A DNA stretch of 64,000 bases, taken from the NCBI GenBank assembly GCA_963836185.1, contig CAWIIQ010000001.1, forward strand, positions 1,344,001 through 1,408,000. The letters are read 5' to 3'. Both the position numbers and the translations under genes were made by a program. The stretch is from Candidatus Krumholzibacteriia bacterium (GTDB taxonomy: Bacteria; Krumholzibacteriota; Krumholzibacteriia; Krumholzibacteriales; Krumholzibacteriaceae). The notes beneath the pieces were generated by a model that saw only the letters and a program-made list of their open reading frames with translations, had not been told where the DNA came from and made no database searches. Below are positions 61,934-64,000 of this stretch, piece by piece (position 1 is the stretch's first letter; every line of letters begins with the position of its first letter).

Positions 61934-63082
61934 ATGACAAAAAGGGACTACTACGAGGTGCTCGGCGTTGAGCGGGGCGTCTCGGTCGATGATATAAAGA
62001 AGGCTTACCGCAAGCTCGCTCTCAAGTATCATCCCGACAAGAATCCAGGCGACCACGAGGCCGAGGAGAAGTTCAAGGAAGCCACAGAGGCCTACGAGGT
62101 TCTCCGCGACCAGGAGAAGAGGGCGCAGTACGACCAGTTCGGCCATGCCGGGATGACCGGCGCGGGCGGCGGAGGCGGCTTCGACTTCAGCGGCGGCTTC
62201 GATCTGAGCGATGCCCTCCGGGCGTTCATGCGCGATTTCGGGATGGGAGGCGGTGGAGGCGGATTTGATTTCTTCGGCGGCTCAGCGGGAGGCGGAAGAC
62301 GGGGCGGCGCGAGGATGAGAGGCAGGGACCTTCAGATACATCTCAAGCTCACACTCAAGGAAGTATCCCGCGAGACGGTCAAGAAGATCAAGGTCACAAG
62401 GATGGTCCAGTGCCAGGAGTGCGGCGGCTCGGGCACGGCGAAGGGCTCCGACCGCAAGACCTGTCCGACCTGCCAGGGGCAGGGGGAAGTCCGCCAGGCC
62501 TCCAGATCGCTCTTCGGCACCTTCGTCAACGTCTCTGCCTGCTCGACCTGCGGCGGAGAAGGCACGATTGTTACCGATCCATGCGGCAAGTGCAGCGGAG
62601 ACGGAAGGGTCAAGGGGACGAGCAGCGTAGAGGTCAAGATCCCAGCCGGCGTTTCGACGGGCAATTATATAACGCTGGCCGGCCAGGGGGACTCGGCCCC
62701 GAGGGGCGGGATCCCCGGCGACCTGATAATTGTAATCGAGGAGATAGAGAACGAGATATTCGAGAGGCATGGATTTGATATCCTGCTCGATCTTCCTGTC
62801 ACATTCAGCCAGCTGACCCTCGGGGACAAGGTGGAGATCCCCACTATCGAAGGCAAAGCGGCGCTGAAGATCCCGGCAGGCACCCATTCTCACAAGATAT
62901 TCCGGCTCAACGGCAAGGGGATACCGAGGCTGCACGGCCATGGCAGGGGAGACCAGCTCGTCAGGCTGATAGCGTGGACGCCGCAGAAGGTGTCGGCCGA
63001 TGAGAAGAAAGTCTTCGAGGATCTCGACGTCAAGCTGAAAGACAGCCTTCCCCCCGCGGGCAGGAAGGTCTACACTTCCTGA
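61934..63082 (+). CDS. dnaJ: Chaperone DnaJ
   Basis: J-domain HPD, G/F region, four CxxCxGxG motifs. Confidence 0.97.
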   Translation: MTKRDYYEVLGVERGVSVDDIKKAYRKLALKYHPDKNPGDHEAEEKFKEATEAYEVLRDQEKRAQYDQFGHAGMTGAGGGGGFDFSGGFDLSDALRAFMRDFGMGGGGGGFDFFGGSAGGGRRGGARMRGRDLQIHLKLTLKEVSRETVKKIKVTRMVQCQECGGSGTAKGSDRKTCPTCQGQGEVRQASRSLFGTFVNVSACSTCGGEGTIVTDPCGKCSGDGRVKGTSSVEVKIPAGVSTGNYITLAGQGDSAPRGGIPGDLIIVIEEIENEIFERHGFDILLDLPVTFSQLTLGDKVEIPTIEGKAALKIPAGTHSHKIFRLNGKGIPRLHGHGRGDQLVRLIAWTPQKVSADEKKVFEDLDVKLKDSLPPAGRKVYTS

Positions 63083-63083
63083 T

Positions 63084-63845
63084 ATGTCATCAGAGAGATT
63101 TTTCATTATAGATGGATCCCCCAGGGAGGGAGAGACGGTCTCACTCGGCGAGGGAGAGTCGCGTCACCTCTTCAAGGTGGTCAGGGCGAAGCCGGGCGAC
63201 GAAGTGACCCTCCTCGACGGGAAAGGCGGAAGCTACAGGGCCGTGATCATGACGGGCGGTTCGATCGGAGGCCTGAAAAAGGGCGCCGGCGTCACGGCGG
63301 AGATCATATCGGTGACGAAGACCGGGCCGGCTTTTGCCGTCGATATCGCCATGCCTTTGATCAAATCCCACAGGATGGATTTCGCGATCGAGAAATGCGC
63401 TGAACTCGGTGTGAGGAGCATCATCCCCTTCCGGTGCGAGAGGATCATCTGGAAGGGCGGCGAAAAGGAATCAGGGAAGAAACGGGAGCGCCTTGAAAGA
63501 AAAGTCGCATCGGCCTGCAAGCAGTCGGGCAATCCATGGTTTACGAAGATAGAGCCGGTAGCTCCTTTCCCGGGTCTGGTGGAAAGGCTGAAGGATTACG
63601 GCAGTATCTACCTGGCCGATGCCGGGGGCAGGCCTTTTTCCTCTACCTTCGGGATGCTCAGGGAATCCAGTGAGATGATCGCGGTGGTCGGTCCCGAGGG
63701 CGGATTCACCGGGATCGAGATGGAAGCCATCGAATCAGCCGGTGCTGTAAGGGTCTCCCTGGGCCTTAACAGGCTCCGGAGCGAGACGAGTGCCTTCCTT
63801 ATGGCCTCTGGGATGATACTCTGCAAAAGGGACCTGCAGGAGTAG
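63084..63845 (+). CDS. rsmE: 16S rRNA m3U1498 methyltransferase
   Basis: HLFKVVR, EKCAELGV, ACKQS, VGPEGGF, LRSET. Confidence 0.92.
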   Translation: MSSERFFIIDGSPREGETVSLGEGESRHLFKVVRAKPGDEVTLLDGKGGSYRAVIMTGGSIGGLKKGAGVTAEIISVTKTGPAFAVDIAMPLIKSHRMDFAIEKCAELGVRSIIPFRCERIIWKGGEKESGKKRERLERKVASACKQSGNPWFTKIEPVAPFPGLVERLKDYGSIYLADAGGRPFSSTFGMLRESSEMIAVVGPEGGFTGIEMEAIESAGAVRVSLGLNRLRSETSAFLMASGMILCKRDLQE

Positions 63846-63933
63846 GGCCGCCCGCCTTTTGTTGACGCACACCGTCCAGCGTGTATATACTCACCGATTA
63901 GTCATATCCGGGATCTGACCTCGAAAGGATACC

Positions 63934-64000
63934 ATGGCTGGAAATATAATCACCGAAAAACTGCAGGAAGACCTCAAGACGGCTATGAAGGAGAAGGACA
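63934..64000 (+). CDS. GatB/YqeY-domain protein, 3'-truncated
   Basis: MAGNIITEKLQEDLKTAMKEKD resembles the YqeY N-terminus; AAGGA SD; TTGACG-18-TATACT promoter at 63862. Confidence 0.7.
   Translation, partial: MAGNIITEKLQEDLKTAMKEKD

Overview
GC-rich bacterial chromosome segment from an anaerobe. FlgD/T9SS-like C-terminal domains and a 'SWGAIK' tail suggest a Krumholzibacteriota/Latescibacterota-like FCB lineage (inference only). Contents: LPS genes (waaF-like, waaA) with a radical SAM gene; twin XRE-cupin regulators; OmpA; mazG; uvrA; galE; a sigma54-type signalling operon; a biotin carboxyltransferase plus a sarcosine/proline-oxidase-like operon; a central-metabolism block (korDABC, malic enzyme, beta-decarboxylating dehydrogenase, two LeuCD-type hydro-lyases, PFOR, citF, acs); glmM-glmS-ridA; and the CIRCE-hrcA-grpE-dnaK-dnaJ-rsmE operon. 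There are three tRNAs: Phe, Thr and Sec. The best hidden signal is an Rdx/SelW-type selenoprotein gene that the ORF track misses (CVPU motif, in-frame TGA, SECIS-like hairpin). It sits in a glutaredoxin + ferredoxin:thioredoxin reductase operon divergent from PFOR, and selC lies in the same window. Many genes at 14-24 kb and 41-48 kb are frameshifted, most likely from sequencing errors. No CRISPR array, rRNA or mobile element was seen. All family assignments come from motif recognition by eye; no searches were run.
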